Assembly (NCBI GenBank): GCA_965652925.1
Contig: CBFGXL010000001.1
Location: forward strand, 23,821-87,820
Reading direction: 5' to 3'
DNA length: 64,000 nt
Source of the DNA: an uncultured bacterium
GTDB taxonomy: Bacteria > Patescibacteriota > Minisyncoccia > Phycocordibacterales > UBA918
Position numbers and translations under genes: made by a program. Every line of letters starts with the position of its first letter. Position 1 is the stretch's first letter. Of this stretch, positions 36,377 through 49,000 are shown piece by piece. The notes under the pieces were generated by a model. That model was not told where the DNA came from. It made no database searches and saw nothing but the letters and a program-made list of their open reading frames with translations.

Positions 36377-37651
36377 TTAGAAAAGTATGTACTGGATATA
36401 CCACACAAGTATGCCGGCAGCGTAACCAATCGCAGCAGGGATAGCTGCTATCTTCAGATATTGTTTGAAGCTCAGCTCTTTGACCATTCCCATAGCCACA
36501 ACCCCCGCTGCTGACCCAATAACGAGCATCGAGCCACCGGTTCCCACACAGAGCGCAAGTAACACCCAGAGCCGAAAATCAGTTGTTTGAAGGATATCGA
36601 GTGCTGCAGCAGTAAGTGGGATATTGTCTACAATCGCGGAAAAAACTCCTAAAAGGACACTTCCTGCAATGAGGCGTGAAACTGCCGGGTCTTCACCGAA
36701 GAGACTAGCCGATATCTGGTCCAGTATACCGAGATAACTTAACGCTCCTACTGCAAAGAGGATACCAATGAAGAAAAGCAAACTGGTGATATCAAGCTTT
36801 GCAAGCAATTTCTCAATGTCCATTGAAAGATGAGACTCTCTATTCGCTGTGGTGTTCGCAAATAGCCCAATGATCAGTCCAACAACACCAACTCCAAAAA
36901 GCATCCCCATAAACGGCGGCAAACCAACGAGGTGCGCAAGCGGGGGTAATGAGAAAGAGAGGAATGCCGCTGTTATGACAAATTTCTCCGAAGATGAAAG
37001 TGCTACTGTCTCGTGAGTTACCGGCTTTTCATCAACGCTATCGCCCTTGATCTGCCGCACCAAGAGGAAATTGCTAACCAAGACAACCGCAAGTGATGGG
37101 AGAAAGCCCCACATAATGATCTCAAGCGCTGTGAACTTGCCTGCAAGCCAGATCATGATGGTAGTCACATCCCCCACCGGAGAGAATGCACCGCCGGCAT
37201 TTGCAGCAATAACAATTGCTGCAGCTGCAATGAGGAGATTGTTGCCTTTAAAGAAGCGTCGAGCGATTTGAATCATCACGATTGTCGTTGTGAGGTTATC
37301 AATAACCGCAGACAGAAAGAAAGCGATGCCTGTGATAAGTATAAGCTGCTTGCGATCATCCAAACCAAGCGCAAGCAACTTAATTCTTAACAGATCAAAG
37401 AAACGGTAGTGAACAAGCACCTCAACCAAAGTCATTGCTGCAAGCAGGAATACAACCAATGAGAACGTCTCGGCTGACAAATGACTGATAGCCTCCTCAA
37501 TAAGGTGATGATCAGCACCGGTAAGTGCCAAGGCGCCCCACAAAATAGCAGCGAGAGCAGTCGCAGTGAGAGACTTATTGACCTTCCAGTGATGCTCGAG
37601 GGTTATCAGAATGTAGCCCGCAATAAAAATAACACTAGCAAACAGAATCAT
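36377..37651 (-). CDS. Ion-transporter-superfamily permease (NhaD Na+/H+ antiporter / ArsB-like)
   Basis: 424 aa, about 11-12 TM, with SAVIDNLTTT and SAIVDNIPLT repeat motifs typical of NhaD/ArsB/CitMHS-type transporters. Confidence 0.6.
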   Translation of the reverse strand: MILFASVIFIAGYILITLEHHWKVNKSLTATALAAILWGALALTGADHHLIEEAISHLSAETFSLVVFLLAAMTLVEVLVHYRFFDLLRIKLLALGLDDRKQLILITGIAFFLSAVIDNLTTTIVMIQIARRFFKGNNLLIAAAAIVIAANAGGAFSPVGDVTTIMIWLAGKFTALEIIMWGFLPSLAVVLVSNFLLVRQIKGDSVDEKPVTHETVALSSSEKFVITAAFLSFSLPPLAHLVGLPPFMGMLFGVGVVGLIIGLFANTTANRESHLSMDIEKLLAKLDITSLLFFIGILFAVGALSYLGILDQISASLFGEDPAVSRLIAGSVLLGVFSAIVDNIPLTAAALDILQTTDFRLWVLLALCVGTGGSMLVIGSAAGVVAMGMVKELSFKQYLKIAAIPAAIGYAAGILVWYIQYILF

Positions 37652-37765
37652 ACGTAATCGATTTTAAGAAAAATAAAATTATACACAGGCGTGTACTACC
37701 TGGTGACGATATGCACAGAAAAACAAAAACTCTTCTTGATACCAATGTGAATGTTCACATGTGTA

Positions 37766-38230
37766 CTAGAAGAGCTCTTGATTTTCCAAATAAGCAATAC
37801 CGGTCTTGTTGCGTGCTTCAAGAGTAGGCATGAGGCGTCGCGCACTTTTATCGCGAAGCATCTGCATTGCTTCCTCAGGAGCAGCAAACTTGTATTCAAG
37901 CAACCGTGGAGGCAGCTTGATCTTTGTCTTCATCTCCTCCGTGAAGACCCCACCATCAAAGATGAACATGATATATTCCTCAGAACTACCACGGTAATCA
38001 ATACTTAAAAGGCGGTCTGGACCGGTCATTTCAACACCAATCTCAGCAAACATCTCTCGGCGAAAAGCATTACTTGGTGATTCTCCTATCTCAACATAGC
38101 CGCCAGGAAATATCCATCCTTCCTTATAGCTCGGTTTGACAATAAGTACATTCCCGACCGTATCGGTAATGAGACCAGCAACCACAACGTCTTTTGATGC
38201 TTGATGCTTCACGCCACAAATATAGCACAA
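37766..38230 (-). CDS. NUDIX hydrolase
   Basis: Nudix box GGYVEIGESPSNAFRREMFAEIGVE (GX5EX7REUXEEXGU). Non-ATG start (TTG at 38230, or GTG 12 nt downstream). Confidence 0.8.
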   Translation of the reverse strand: MCYICGVKHQASKDVVVAGLITDTVGNVLIVKPSYKEGWIFPGGYVEIGESPSNAFRREMFAEIGVEMTGPDRLLSIDYRGSSEEYIMFIFDGGVFTEEMKTKIKLPPRLLEYKFAAPEEAMQMLRDKSARRLMPTLEARNKTGIAYLENQELF

Positions 38231-38284
38231 AAAAACAAATCGTCCATTTGAATACCAGGGATAGCCAATTCTCCAAAAATAGTA

Positions 38285-39139
38285 TTAAAATCGTCCGTCG
38301 TCCAGATAAAGTTCGTAGAATGTCGCCACAAACAGCGGCAATATAAGGGCAAGCAGCAGCTCTTCAATGGGTACTATCTCTCTGAACATTGAAAAAGAGA
38401 AGATGTAGTCATTCGTATAAGCAAATACCTTGTGCGTGTTCCCAACTGCAAGTACCACTCCGCACACAAGCGGAGTCCACGCAATTAAGCAAAAAGAGAA
38501 AAGTTTTTCTGTAAAACGCAATGAGAATGACTTATGAACTGCAAGCGCAGCAATACTTGATGCTGCAAAAATACCGATAACCCATAGGTATGAATGGCTG
38601 AAGAATATTCCGTCGAGTACATAGCGATGGAGTGCCAGAAGACCAAGCACACTCAGCACAAACACTCCAAAAGCCACGAAACGGACCCGGGCACTTGATG
38701 TCGTGTACGTCCCGTCGTCAAAGAAGAGTTCGTACAGTAGCGCCAAGAAAAGTGTCTGTAACACTGAAGAGAGCAATATTTCAACCGGCACTAAACCGAA
38801 AATGCGCAGTTCATCAACTCCGATGGTATACCAAATGCCGTAGATGTGAGCGACACCCTCAAGAAGCAGCCCCATACCCGCACCAAAAACAATTACCGCA
38901 ATGATGACCGCCCCCGGGGCTGCAGAAAAACGAGCAAGAGCGTACGAGGGCAAACCGAAAAGCACTAAAGTGGTGAGAAGAAGCCCGGCTTCGAAGCTAT
39001 ACAGTGCATATGTGGCAAGAGCGTAGTACAAAAACGCGCAAAAACCGAGAAGGACATTTCTATGCATATAGAATATTGTAGCACCAACAAAAAGGCCGAG
39101 GACGAAGTCCTCGGCCTTTTTGTGAAGAAGCGAATACAT
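38285..39139 (-). CDS. Polytopic membrane protein with two internal repeats resembling the lycopene-cyclase domain (CrtYcd-like)
   Basis: Two repeats each ending in an acidic motif: LVPVEILLSS...LYELFFDDG and IVPIEELLLA...FYELYLDDG. Function unknown. Confidence 0.4.
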   Translation of the reverse strand: MYSLLHKKAEDFVLGLFVGATIFYMHRNVLLGFCAFLYYALATYALYSFEAGLLLTTLVLFGLPSYALARFSAAPGAVIIAVIVFGAGMGLLLEGVAHIYGIWYTIGVDELRIFGLVPVEILLSSVLQTLFLALLYELFFDDGTYTTSSARVRFVAFGVFVLSVLGLLALHRYVLDGIFFSHSYLWVIGIFAASSIAALAVHKSFSLRFTEKLFSFCLIAWTPLVCGVVLAVGNTHKVFAYTNDYIFSFSMFREIVPIEELLLALILPLFVATFYELYLDDGRF

Positions 39140-39170
39140 GCAGCTTCTTCAAGGAGTGCAACTTTTGATC

Positions 39171-40487
39171 TTAATACGATTTAAGTCTTCGTGCTTTTTC
39201 ATGCTGCCGAATCTTCTCGAGCGCTTTTGCTTCGATCTGCCGAATACGCTCTCGGGTCACTCCAAACTCCTTACCTACCTCTTCCAGTGTGTGGTACGTC
39301 CCGTCAAGAAGACCATGTCGCATCTCGAGAATTTTGCGCTCTTTCTCAGAAAGCGAATCGAGGATCTCCTGGATCTGGTCTGTGAGAATACTATGTGCAA
39401 CTTCCTGATCGGGAGACGTGATCTTATCATCAGCAATGAAGTCAGAGAGTCGCGATCGATCATCGTCATCCCCAATAGGAAGTTCAAGTGAGATAGTGTC
39501 TTGGCTGATCTTCTCGATCTGATAGATCTTATCAACTTCTACTCCCATTTCTGTAGCTATCTCCTCAGGCATAGGGTCTCGACCGAGATCCTGTGAAAGT
39601 CGGCGGGACACCTGCTTATACTTCGCCATGGTTTCCACCATGTGCACTGGGATACGGATAGTGCGTGACTGGTCAGCAAGCGCACGAGTGATTGCCTGGC
39701 GGATCCACCAGGTTGCATAAGTCGAGAATTTAAATCCCTTTGTATGGTCGAACTTATCAACTGCTTTAAAGAGACCAAGGTTCCCCTCTTGAATGAGGTC
39801 AAGCAACGTAAGATCAGGACTTCGCCCGACATATTTCTTTGCGATCGACACCACAAGACGGAGGTTCGCACGTGCAAGCAAGTTACGTGCTTCCTCATCA
39901 CCTTCGACGATGCGTTTTGCAAGTGTACGTTCTTCTAGCGCCGTCAGAAGCGGATACTGCCCGATCTCACGAAGATACATCTGTATAGAGTCATAGCCGC
40001 TTTCATTGCGCTTGTATGAGTTTTTGCGTTCGAGCAATTCAACACTCGGGTCTTCTCCCAGCATACCCCCGCTTTGAAGGACATCAATTCCTGCCACACC
40101 AAAACGTTCGTACATCTCATCAAGAAATGGTACGTCTTTTTCTATCTGTGGAAAGTATTTGAGGATCTCGTCGAACGTGATGTACCCTCGCTCTCTACCT
40201 AACCGCATCAATTCTCCAGCCTTTGCCTCGAGTATCTTCTGATTTTTGGTTAATTTCAGCGGTGCTGCCTGCTTCTTAACTGCCGCCTTTTTAGGGGCAG
40301 CTTTCTTCACCGGAGCTTTCTTTGCTGATTTCTTTACACTTATTTTCTTCCCACTTTTTTTTGGCTTTGTTTTGTTGGCTTTTGCAGTATTTTTAACTGC
40401 TTTCTTAGCCACTTTTTTTATTGCCTTTTTAACGACTTTTTTGGTCGTTTTTTTTGTTGTTTTTTTGGTTGCCTTTTTTGCAGCCAT
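39171..40487 (-). CDS. rpoD: RNA polymerase sigma-70 (primary sigma factor) with an ~80-aa N-terminal Lys-rich tail
   Basis: Region 2 ([31 protein letters not shown]), region 3, and region 4 ([24 protein letters not shown]). The N-terminus is [25 protein letters not shown]... Confidence 0.9.
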   Translation of the reverse strand: MAAKKATKKTTKKTTKKVVKKAIKKVAKKAVKNTAKANKTKPKKSGKKISVKKSAKKAPVKKAAPKKAAVKKQAAPLKLTKNQKILEAKAGELMRLGRERGYITFDEILKYFPQIEKDVPFLDEMYERFGVAGIDVLQSGGMLGEDPSVELLERKNSYKRNESGYDSIQMYLREIGQYPLLTALEERTLAKRIVEGDEEARNLLARANLRLVVSIAKKYVGRSPDLTLLDLIQEGNLGLFKAVDKFDHTKGFKFSTYATWWIRQAITRALADQSRTIRIPVHMVETMAKYKQVSRRLSQDLGRDPMPEEIATEMGVEVDKIYQIEKISQDTISLELPIGDDDDRSRLSDFIADDKITSPDQEVAHSILTDQIQEILDSLSEKERKILEMRHGLLDGTYHTLEEVGKEFGVTRERIRQIEAKALEKIRQHEKARRLKSY

Positions 40488-40528
40488 AATGGGACAACTA
40501 TACAGTAATTCTTTAAAAAATCTAGGCC

Positions 40529-42295
40529 CTAGGCGAAGTGTTCGGCAGTGACTTTTTTGGCATTCTGATCTTGCTGTATACGGGATATTTCGCGTATGTA
40601 TTCCAGCACTTTAGCCTCATCACCTTCCGCCTCGCTTTGTTTAAGCTGTTCCTTAAATTCCTGGATTGCCTCTCTGGCAAAGAGGCGGGATAATTCGTTG
40701 AGCTTGTCAGCGATATCCTCCGACAGTTGCCTGTGCGGCGTGTCGTGCAAGTATGTTTCAAGCGTAAAGAGGAGACCGCTTTTGAGCTCCGCAGAAAGTT
40801 CACTTTCGATCTGGGACAGCTCTTGTTGCGTTATCTCATAAAATGCATCCGAGATAGATTTCTGCATTTTTTGGTCGGCAAGTGTGGAAAGCACCGCAAA
40901 ATATTTTACAAGCTCCTCCTTTCTGCGGGTCCGGTCCGTAGCATCTTCTTCCTTCGCCGAAGCAATCGGAGTTTCTACAGCGCGAACCTGCTCCTTTACA
41001 GCACCTTCTTTTGCCTGTTCGGAAAGCCGCACCACCTCATAGTGAATTGCATCTTTGCTCGTTGCAATGCGTTGCGCGATCACTCCTTCAAAATGATCCT
41101 GGTCTATTTTATTCGCTATTTTTGCAAGAAGTGGCAGCACCTCTTCTCGTACACGAAGTTTCAGTGTGCGATCATCTTTTTTTTCTGACTCAAGTACATC
41201 TAAAAGATATTCAACAATACTTTGAGCCCCTCCGACGATCTTGCGCAACTTTCCCACATCTTCGCGCACCATGTCTGCAGGATCCTTTCCTCCGATCATG
41301 TTCGCTACTTTGATATCAATCCCTCGCGGCAGCATGATATCAGCGGCGCGCTTTACTGCGGCAATGCCAGCTTTGTCTGCATCTAATGCAAGGACCACTC
41401 TGTTGGAAAGGCGCTGCAGAAGCATGACATGATGTGGAGTCAAAGCAGTACCCGAGACAGCAACTGTATTGGTATATCCTGCCTGATGTGAAAGCACAAC
41501 ATCAAATTGGCCTTCAACCACAAGCGAAAAATCCAAGTGCCGTATGCCCTGTTTTGCTTTGTCGTACCCGAACAGTATCTCCGATTTATTGAAAAGCTCT
41601 GTCTCAGGTGAATTCACATACTTCGGCGCTTCGCTATCTTTGCTGAGGATGCGCCCGGAGAATGCAACTACCTTCCCATTAGCATCACATATCGGAAACA
41701 TGATGCGATCACGAAAAAGATCGTAAGGTTCCTTCCCTCCGTCTGCCCCTTTGATGAGACCGGCCTTCAGGAGTTCGTGTTTTGTAAATCCCTTACTTTC
41801 AAGATGCTCCTTTAGCTCTCTCCATCCATACTGTGGAGGGCCAGGCGCATATCCGATTCGCCATTTTGCAATAGTCTCTGCAGTTACGCCTCGATCAGTT
41901 AAATATGGAAGCACTTCTTCACTTTTATGACGGTACTCTTCGAAGAACCTCGTCGCTTCTTCAAGCGCATCATAGAGCCTGTCACGCTCAGATTTTTTCT
42001 TTGGATCTTCAGCTACGAGTTCAACCCCCGCCTTTGCTGCAAGAATTTTTAATGCCTCTTTGAAATCTACCCCCTCCATTTTCTGGATAAAGGTGAAGAT
42101 ATCTCCTCCCTGCGACGAAGAAAAGCAGTAGTACATGCCTCTGTCAGGGGACACATAAAACGACGGCGTACGTTCGTTAGTGAACGGAGATTTTCCCTTG
42201 AAATTTTTCCCCGCCTGATGAAGTTCCACATATGAGGAAACGACATCAACAATACTCAAGCGTTCTTTTATGCGTTCAACTGAGTCGGAAGCCAT
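40529..42295 (-). CDS. dnaG: DNA primase DnaG (TOPRIM), with a degenerate N-terminal zinc-binding domain
   Basis: [17 protein letters not shown] and ALDADKAG. The N-terminal region aligns to the CHC2 zinc finger, but the ligands are replaced: KSPFT for CPFH and YCFSSS for HCFGCG. Confidence 0.9.
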   Translation of the reverse strand: MASDSVERIKERLSIVDVVSSYVELHQAGKNFKGKSPFTNERTPSFYVSPDRGMYYCFSSSQGGDIFTFIQKMEGVDFKEALKILAAKAGVELVAEDPKKKSERDRLYDALEEATRFFEEYRHKSEEVLPYLTDRGVTAETIAKWRIGYAPGPPQYGWRELKEHLESKGFTKHELLKAGLIKGADGGKEPYDLFRDRIMFPICDANGKVVAFSGRILSKDSEAPKYVNSPETELFNKSEILFGYDKAKQGIRHLDFSLVVEGQFDVVLSHQAGYTNTVAVSGTALTPHHVMLLQRLSNRVVLALDADKAGIAAVKRAADIMLPRGIDIKVANMIGGKDPADMVREDVGKLRKIVGGAQSIVEYLLDVLESEKKDDRTLKLRVREEVLPLLAKIANKIDQDHFEGVIAQRIATSKDAIHYEVVRLSEQAKEGAVKEQVRAVETPIASAKEEDATDRTRRKEELVKYFAVLSTLADQKMQKSISDAFYEITQQELSQIESELSAELKSGLLFTLETYLHDTPHRQLSEDIADKLNELSRLFAREAIQEFKEQLKQSEAEGDEAKVLEYIREISRIQQDQNAKKVTAEHFA

Positions 42296-42319
42296 AGTAT
42301 GGCTATTTTACACCAAAAA

Positions 42320-42366
42320 CACATAAACAGCCCGGCTTTGAACCGGGCTGTTTATGTGTTTTTTTC
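42320..42366. terminator. Strong rho-independent terminator (16-bp stem CACATAAACAGCCCGG / CCGGGCTGTTTATGTG) between rpoC and dnaG
   Basis: Perfect 16-bp inverted repeat with loop ctttgaa, followed by a T-run on both strands. Confidence 0.7.
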
Positions 42367-42373
42367 GGAATTT

Positions 42374-45300
42374 TTATTCCTTTTCCTGTATATCCGAGAT
42401 CATTTGAGACTTCTGTGATCCTTTGAAGCCTGTTCCCGCTGGGATGAGCTTTCCAATGATCACGTTCTCCATAAGTCCTGCGAGGTTGTCGTTGCTTCCC
42501 TTCACTGCTGCGTTTATGAGAACACGTGTCGTGTTCTGGAATGATGCAGCCGAGAGGAATGACTTTCGTGAGAGTGAAGACTCAGTAATACCCATGATAA
42601 GCTTGGTAGCCTTCGCAGGATCCTTTCCTGCTTCAGTAAGCTCTTTGTTCGCTTCAACAAAGATCCACTCCTCGACGATCTCACCTGGTGTGAAGTGGCT
42701 GTCTCCAGAGTTAGTGATCTTCACGCGACTCATCATTTGCTTCACAATAAGCTCGATGTGCTTGCGGGCAATAGTCACTCCCTGAAGCTCGTAGATCTTG
42801 TTGATCTCAGAAATGATGTATTCCTGTGTCTGCTCCTTCGTGCCGTATTTGAACATGTCGGGCAAGTATGCAGAACCGTCAGTAAGCAGCTGTCCGGCCT
42901 TCACATTTTCTCCCTTTGAGACAATAACGGTTCGTCGGTAGTTCGCCTCGTACTCGATGATATCGCTCTTCTTTGGAGCATACTTCGAATCCTTGGCAGG
43001 AACCACAACGATGATCTTCTCCTTTCCTTCAGTGCGGATCTCGCTTACGAAACCGTCGGTCTTTGAGATCACCGCAGGGTTCTTTGGCAGACGCTTCTCG
43101 AAGACTTCCTCCACACGAGGAAGACCCTGTGTCACGTCTCCACCCACTGCTGAAGTACCTCCCGCGTGCTTGGTGTTCATCGTGAGCTGTGTTCCCGGCT
43201 CACCAATCGCCTGTGCGGCTACAGTACCGACTGCCTCTCCGATATCAACGAGACTGTTGGTTGTGAGATCAACTCCATAGCACTGCTGACAGACTCCGCG
43301 GAGCGTGTTACAGGTCATAGGAGAACGAACAACAACTGATTCTGCGCTCGATCCTTCAACAGCAAGTGCATCCCGTCGTGTGAGCATATGCCCTTTCTTA
43401 AAGAGGACAGTGCCTTCTTTATCCACTATATCAGAAGCAAGTACGCGGCCCTTGATCGCCTTTGAGAAAGCAATCTGGATACCAGAAGCACTGAGTCGGC
43501 CAATAGTTACCCCCTCCTTTGTCTTACAATCAGCTTCTGTAACAATTGCATCCTGTGCAACTACGAAGAGACGGCGGGTAAGATAACCAGCTTTAGCGGT
43601 CTGAAGCGCTGTGTCAGCAAGACCCTTACGAGAACCGTGAGTAGTGATGAAGTACTCGATCGGCGACATACCTTCCTTCATGGAAGAGATAACTGGGAAT
43701 TCGAGTGTCTCTCCCCGCGTGTTAACGATAAGTCCTTTCATACCGATCATCTGCGCGATCTGACGCATAGAACCTCGCGCACCTGACTTCCAGAGGTCGT
43801 ATGCTGAACCATTTGGGTTCATACGATCAGGGATCACTTCCTCGAGTGCACTCTTTGTTCGGTGCCAGATCTCGATGATCATGCGACGACGTTCATCTCG
43901 GGACAGAAGTCCTTGTTCAAAATGTTCAATGATCGCACGTTCTTCTTCACGAGCCTGAGCAATGATCTCTGGTTTCTCTTTCGGCACAACCACCTCGTCG
44001 ATTCCCCAGGTTGTTCCAGAGACGGTTGCATATTTGAAACCGAATTTCTTGATCTTGTTGACTACTTGCGGTACGACATCTACACCCTGGTCGTCGATGA
44101 GATCAAGTACAACACCGAAGAGATCGCGCTGTGTTACAAGCTGGTTGATGTACGGATGATCTGATGGCAAGACACTATTGAAGAGAAGTCGGCCTACTGA
44201 TGTCTCAAAGAGTTCGCCATTAAACTGAGCATACTTTGGTGTATCGGTAGCGAGTACTTTGATCTTTGCACGGAAGTCGACAATGCCGTAATCGTAGGCA
44301 TTGATCGCATCGTTAGGAGATGCAAAGAACTTGTTCTCGCCCTTTGCTCCTTCGATGATCTTGGTCATCCAGAAGGAACCGAGTGCCATATCCATGAGCG
44401 ATTCAGAAACAACCGGCTCGCTTGAACCTGGCTTCAGAACGTTCTTGTTTGCAGAGATAATCTCACGCGCTTCAAGCTGCGCTTCGTCTGAGAGCGGCAC
44501 GTGTACTGCCATCTGGTCTCCGTCGAAGTCAGCGTTAAACGCCTTACAAACCAATGGATGCACTTGGATAGCATTACCTTCGATCAGTACTGGGCGGAAT
44601 GCCTGGATACCCTGTCGGTGGAGCGTCGGTGCGCGGTTCAAAAGTACATGCTTCTGAGAGATCACTTCTTCGAGAATTGCCCATACTTCTGGAACTCCGT
44701 CCTCAATGAGGCGTCCTGCTCCACGAATGTTGTACGCGAGTTCTTGTCGGAGAAGCTTTGAAATGACGAATGGACGGAAGAGCTCAAGCGCCATGTGTTT
44801 TGGAAGTCCGCACTGGTCGAGCTCGAGGTCCGGACCGATAACGATCACGGAACGTCCGGAATAGTCCACGCGCTTACCCAAGAGGTTCTGGCGGAAGTAT
44901 CCTTGCTTGCTCTTGAGGTAGTCAGAAAGTGATTTCAGAGGGCGGCGCTGTGCCTGACTCATCGCTGAGTATGCAGTGTTGCCGTGGCGAATTGAGTTAT
45001 CAATAAGGGCATCAACTGCTTCTTGCAGAATACGTTTTTCGTTTCGCAAGATCACGTCAGGAGCCATGATGTCTATAAGCTTCTTCAGACGATTGTTTCG
45101 GTTGATCACACGGCGGTAGAGGTCGTTGAGATCTGATGAAGCGTGCCGTCCGCCTTCAAGCGCAACCATTGGTCGCAATGCTGGGGGGATAACCGGAATA
45201 CGGTTGAGGAACATCCATTCTGGACGCACCCCTGAGTGGATCATGCCGCGCACAAGATTGAGACGCTTGTCGAGTTTTGCGCGTTCAGCAACTCCAGCCT

Positions 45301-46033
45301 TTTCACGTTCAGCCTCCAACTGTTCTTTGAGCTTCCCGAGATCAATGTTCTTGAAAAGTTCATAGATAGATTCAGCACCGATCTTTGCCTCGAAAAGCGT
45401 CGAATACTTCACTGAGAATTTATGGAATGAAGTCTCATCGAGCACCGTGCCCTGCATAAGACTTTCAATCTCATTTTTCGTCTCGGTCATACGCGTCTTT
45501 AGCGCCTCACGAGCTTCCTCATTCTGCAGTTCCTTGAGTTTTGATTTGTATTCGGTATCGAGCTCCTTCAGAAGTCGTGCACGCTCCTCTTCAGAGACTT
45601 TTGTAACGATGTACCCTGCAAAGTAGATAACCTTCTCTACTGCAGCAGCAGTGATTCCCAAGATCAACGCTATGCGGCTTGGTACTCCACGCAAGAACCA
45701 GATGTGTGACACTGGCACACAGAGTTCAATGTGGCCCATGCGCTCACGCCGAACAATAGCGCGGGTTACTTCTACCCCACACTTTTCACAAACAATACCC
45801 TTGTAGCGGATACCGCGATACTTCTTACAAGAACACTCATAGTCCTCAACCGGTCCAAAGATGCGCTCGTCGAACAAACCGTGCTTTTCAGGGCGCTGTG
45901 TTCGGTAGTTGATGGTCTCAGGCTTGGTTACCTCGCCGAATGACCACTCGAGGATCTTGTCAGGAGAGGCGAGCTTCAGGCTCACTTCGCTGAATTGAGT
46001 AGGAACTCCCCTCTTTTGTGTATTTGGATTCAT
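42374..46033 (-). CDS. rpoC: DNA-directed RNA polymerase subunit beta'
   Basis: Zinc-finger [20 protein letters not shown], catalytic [14 protein letters not shown], 1219 aa. Confidence 0.97.
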   Translation of the reverse strand: MNPNTQKRGVPTQFSEVSLKLASPDKILEWSFGEVTKPETINYRTQRPEKHGLFDERIFGPVEDYECSCKKYRGIRYKGIVCEKCGVEVTRAIVRRERMGHIELCVPVSHIWFLRGVPSRIALILGITAAAVEKVIYFAGYIVTKVSEEERARLLKELDTEYKSKLKELQNEEAREALKTRMTETKNEIESLMQGTVLDETSFHKFSVKYSTLFEAKIGAESIYELFKNIDLGKLKEQLEAEREKAGVAERAKLDKRLNLVRGMIHSGVRPEWMFLNRIPVIPPALRPMVALEGGRHASSDLNDLYRRVINRNNRLKKLIDIMAPDVILRNEKRILQEAVDALIDNSIRHGNTAYSAMSQAQRRPLKSLSDYLKSKQGYFRQNLLGKRVDYSGRSVIVIGPDLELDQCGLPKHMALELFRPFVISKLLRQELAYNIRGAGRLIEDGVPEVWAILEEVISQKHVLLNRAPTLHRQGIQAFRPVLIEGNAIQVHPLVCKAFNADFDGDQMAVHVPLSDEAQLEAREIISANKNVLKPGSSEPVVSESLMDMALGSFWMTKIIEGAKGENKFFASPNDAINAYDYGIVDFRAKIKVLATDTPKYAQFNGELFETSVGRLLFNSVLPSDHPYINQLVTQRDLFGVVLDLIDDQGVDVVPQVVNKIKKFGFKYATVSGTTWGIDEVVVPKEKPEIIAQAREEERAIIEHFEQGLLSRDERRRMIIEIWHRTKSALEEVIPDRMNPNGSAYDLWKSGARGSMRQIAQMIGMKGLIVNTRGETLEFPVISSMKEGMSPIEYFITTHGSRKGLADTALQTAKAGYLTRRLFVVAQDAIVTEADCKTKEGVTIGRLSASGIQIAFSKAIKGRVLASDIVDKEGTVLFKKGHMLTRRDALAVEGSSAESVVVRSPMTCNTLRGVCQQCYGVDLTTNSLVDIGEAVGTVAAQAIGEPGTQLTMNTKHAGGTSAVGGDVTQGLPRVEEVFEKRLPKNPAVISKTDGFVSEIRTEGKEKIIVVVPAKDSKYAPKKSDIIEYEANYRRTVIVSKGENVKAGQLLTDGSAYLPDMFKYGTKEQTQEYIISEINKIYELQGVTIARKHIELIVKQMMSRVKITNSGDSHFTPGEIVEEWIFVEANKELTEAGKDPAKATKLIMGITESSLSRKSFLSAASFQNTTRVLINAAVKGSNDNLAGLMENVIIGKLIPAGTGFKGSQKSQMISDIQEKE

Positions 46034-46052
46034 ACTTTAATTTTATTGAGGA

Positions 46053-49000
46053 CTAATAATTTCGTTCTTCACGTTCTTCACGCTTGAGGTCGACATCCAG
46101 TGAGAGTCCGCGAAGCTGGTTAACAAGTACATTGAAGGCTGCAGGTGTGTGCGGATGTGCGATCTTCTCACCGCGAACAATCGCATCAAATGCTGCTGAA
46201 CGTCCAACGATATCGTCTGACTTGATGGTGAGCATTTCGCGAAGCGTATACGCTGCTCCGTATCCCAAGAGTGCCCACACTTCCATTTCTCCGAATCGCT
46301 GTCCTCCGATCTGCGCCTTACCTCCAAGCGGCTGCTGGGTGATAAGTGAGTATGGGCCAATTGAGCGCATGTGGATCTTGTCCTCCACCATGTGGTGAAG
46401 TTTCAGGATATACATGAAGCCAACAGCAGTTCGCTGTTCAAATTCTTCACCCGTGCGTCCGTCACGGAGCTGAATCTTTCCATCTTCTGGAATACCCGCC
46501 TCCGCAAGTTCCGCCTTGATCTCTGTTTCAGTTGCTGAGGCAAATGGCGGGACGATCGCCTGATAGCCAAGCGTATTTGCAGCCATTCCAAGGTGGAGTT
46601 CAAGAATCTGTCCCAGGTTCATACGAGATGGAACTCCCAAAGGTGTGAGGATGATATCTACCGGGCGTCCATCTTCCATGTAGGGCATGTCCTCTTCAGG
46701 GAGAATACGGGAAATAACTCCCTTATTACCGTGACGTCCTGCAAGCTTGTCTCCCACTGATACGTTACGTACCTGAGCGATCGTGATATGGATCTTCTTG
46801 ATCACACCGCTTTCAAGCTGGTCGCCGTTCTCGCGTGAGAAGATCTTCACGCCGATAACGCGTCCTCGCTTTCCTGCTTCGAGTCGGAGTGAAGAGTCCT
46901 TCACATCCTTTGCCTTCTCTCCGAAGATAGAACGCAAGAGTCGCTCCTCAGGCGTAAGTTGCGCCTCGCCTTTTGGCGTTACCTTACCAACAAGAATGTC
47001 GCCAGGTCGCACCTCAGCACCGATACGGATGATACCGTTCTCATCGAGATTGCGGAGCTTAAGCTCGCTTACGTTTGGAATGTCTGGAGTAGTTACTTCA
47101 GGTCCAAGCTTAGTGTCGCGCACTGAGACATCGAGCTCATCAAGGTGAATGGTCGCAAACTTGCTGTTTTTAACCAATCGCTCTGAGATAATAATCGCGT
47201 CTTCATAGTTCGCTCCGTTCCAGCTCATGAATGCAACAAGCGCATTCTGGCCCACGGCCATCTGACCCTGGTCTGTTGACGAGGTGTCGGCAAGAAGATC
47301 TCCTCGCTTTACTTTATCTCCGACAGTAACTGCAGCACGGTGATAAAACGCTGAGAAATCGTTGGTTCTCTGGAAAGTAGTGAGTGTGTATTCATGCTTC
47401 TTTCCTTCTTTGTTCTTAACCACGATGTGGCGCGCATCAGCTTCGATAACCTCACCTGCTTCTGCAGCAACGATCACACGTCCAGTATCCTTTGCGGCCA
47501 TACCTTCTATGCCGGTTGCAACAATCGGCGCCTCAGGAACGATGCATGGCGTAGCCTGCTTCTGCATGTTTGAACCCATGAGTGTACGGTTCGCGTCGTC
47601 ATGGTTGAGGAAAGGGATCATTGATGTTGCAACAGAGAATGCCTGATTGGTTGCGATATCCATGTAGTCGATCTCCTTCTTTGAAGCGAGAAGTGGCTCA
47701 CCGTTTCGTCGGGCTTCCACAATATCCGGTTTGATCTTACCTTTATCATCCACCTCTACCGCAGCATGTGCGATCACGAACCCCTCTTCTTCGTGGGCAT
47801 TAAGATAAACAACTTCTCCAGTTAATACGCCTTTCTCCACCTTCACATAGGGAGTTTCGATAATGCCGAATCGGTTTACTCGCGCATACATAGAAAGACG
47901 CAAGATCAAACCGATGTTCGGTCCTTCTGGAGTGTGAATTGGGCAGAGTCGCCCGTAGTGGCTTGGGTGCACGTCGCGCACTTCAAATCCAGCGCGCTCA
48001 CGTGTGAGTCCGCCTGGTCCAAGCGCTGAGAGTGTTCGGAGTCCTTCAAGCTCTGCAAGAATGTTCTGCTGTGGCATGAACTGTGAGAGCTGGTTGGTGG
48101 TGAAGAATTCCTTGATCGCAGCCTGGAGCGGTCGTGGATTGATGATCTGCATCGGCAGACTCGTCTCCGCTTCAATGGTAGACATACGATCCTGAATATT
48201 TCGCTTCATGCGAGTCATACCAACGCGTACGCGCTGCTGAAGCATTTCGCCAAAGTAGCGAACACGTCGGAAGCCGAGGTGGTCGATGTCGTCAGGCAAT
48301 GCGCCTGGCTCGTGATTGAGCTTGATGATATTCGAGATAATAAGACGCAGATCTTCAAGCGTGATTGTACGCTCATCTGTTGCCTTCTTGTCAGTAGGGC
48401 GACCATTGCGCTCGTTGAAGTGGTGTCGTCCGATCTCAGAGAGATCGTAGCGGTCTGCAGAGAAGATGGAATTCACGAATTCCCGTGCATTCTCCACCGT
48501 TGCAAGATCCCCGTCACGCAGACGCTTGTAGATCTCAATGTACGCATCATCAGCGGTTTTTGAAGGATCCTTTGCAAGTGTTGCCTTAATATATTCTGCG
48601 CCACGCTCTACATCCTTGAAGAGATTCACCATCTCTTTCTCGTCAGACAGTCCAAAGACCCGGAGGAGTGAGGTTACCGGGATCTTCTTCTTTCGATCGA
48701 TCTTAATGTAGATAACACCATCAGCTTCAGACTCGATCTCAACCCATGCTCCACGAGCAGGAATGATCTTTGCACCAAAATGAGTGCGGCCCTTCAGCTC
48801 TTGCGCAGTGAAGAACACGCCATATGACCGCGCAAGCTGCGGAACGATCACGCGCTCGACACCATTGATGATGAATGTTCCATGCTCTGTCATGACCGGG
48901 ATATCGGTCATAAATATCTCCTGATCCTTTTCGCTCTCAAATGTCTTGTTTTTCAAGACTACTGTTGCACGAAGCGGAGCATCGTATGTGAGCTTGTTCT

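Noticed and set aside
42423-48563. Numerous 60-120-aa ORFs on the plus strand within rpoC and rpoB
   Set aside because: Antisense or off-frame ORFs inside two unambiguous, highly conserved genes.
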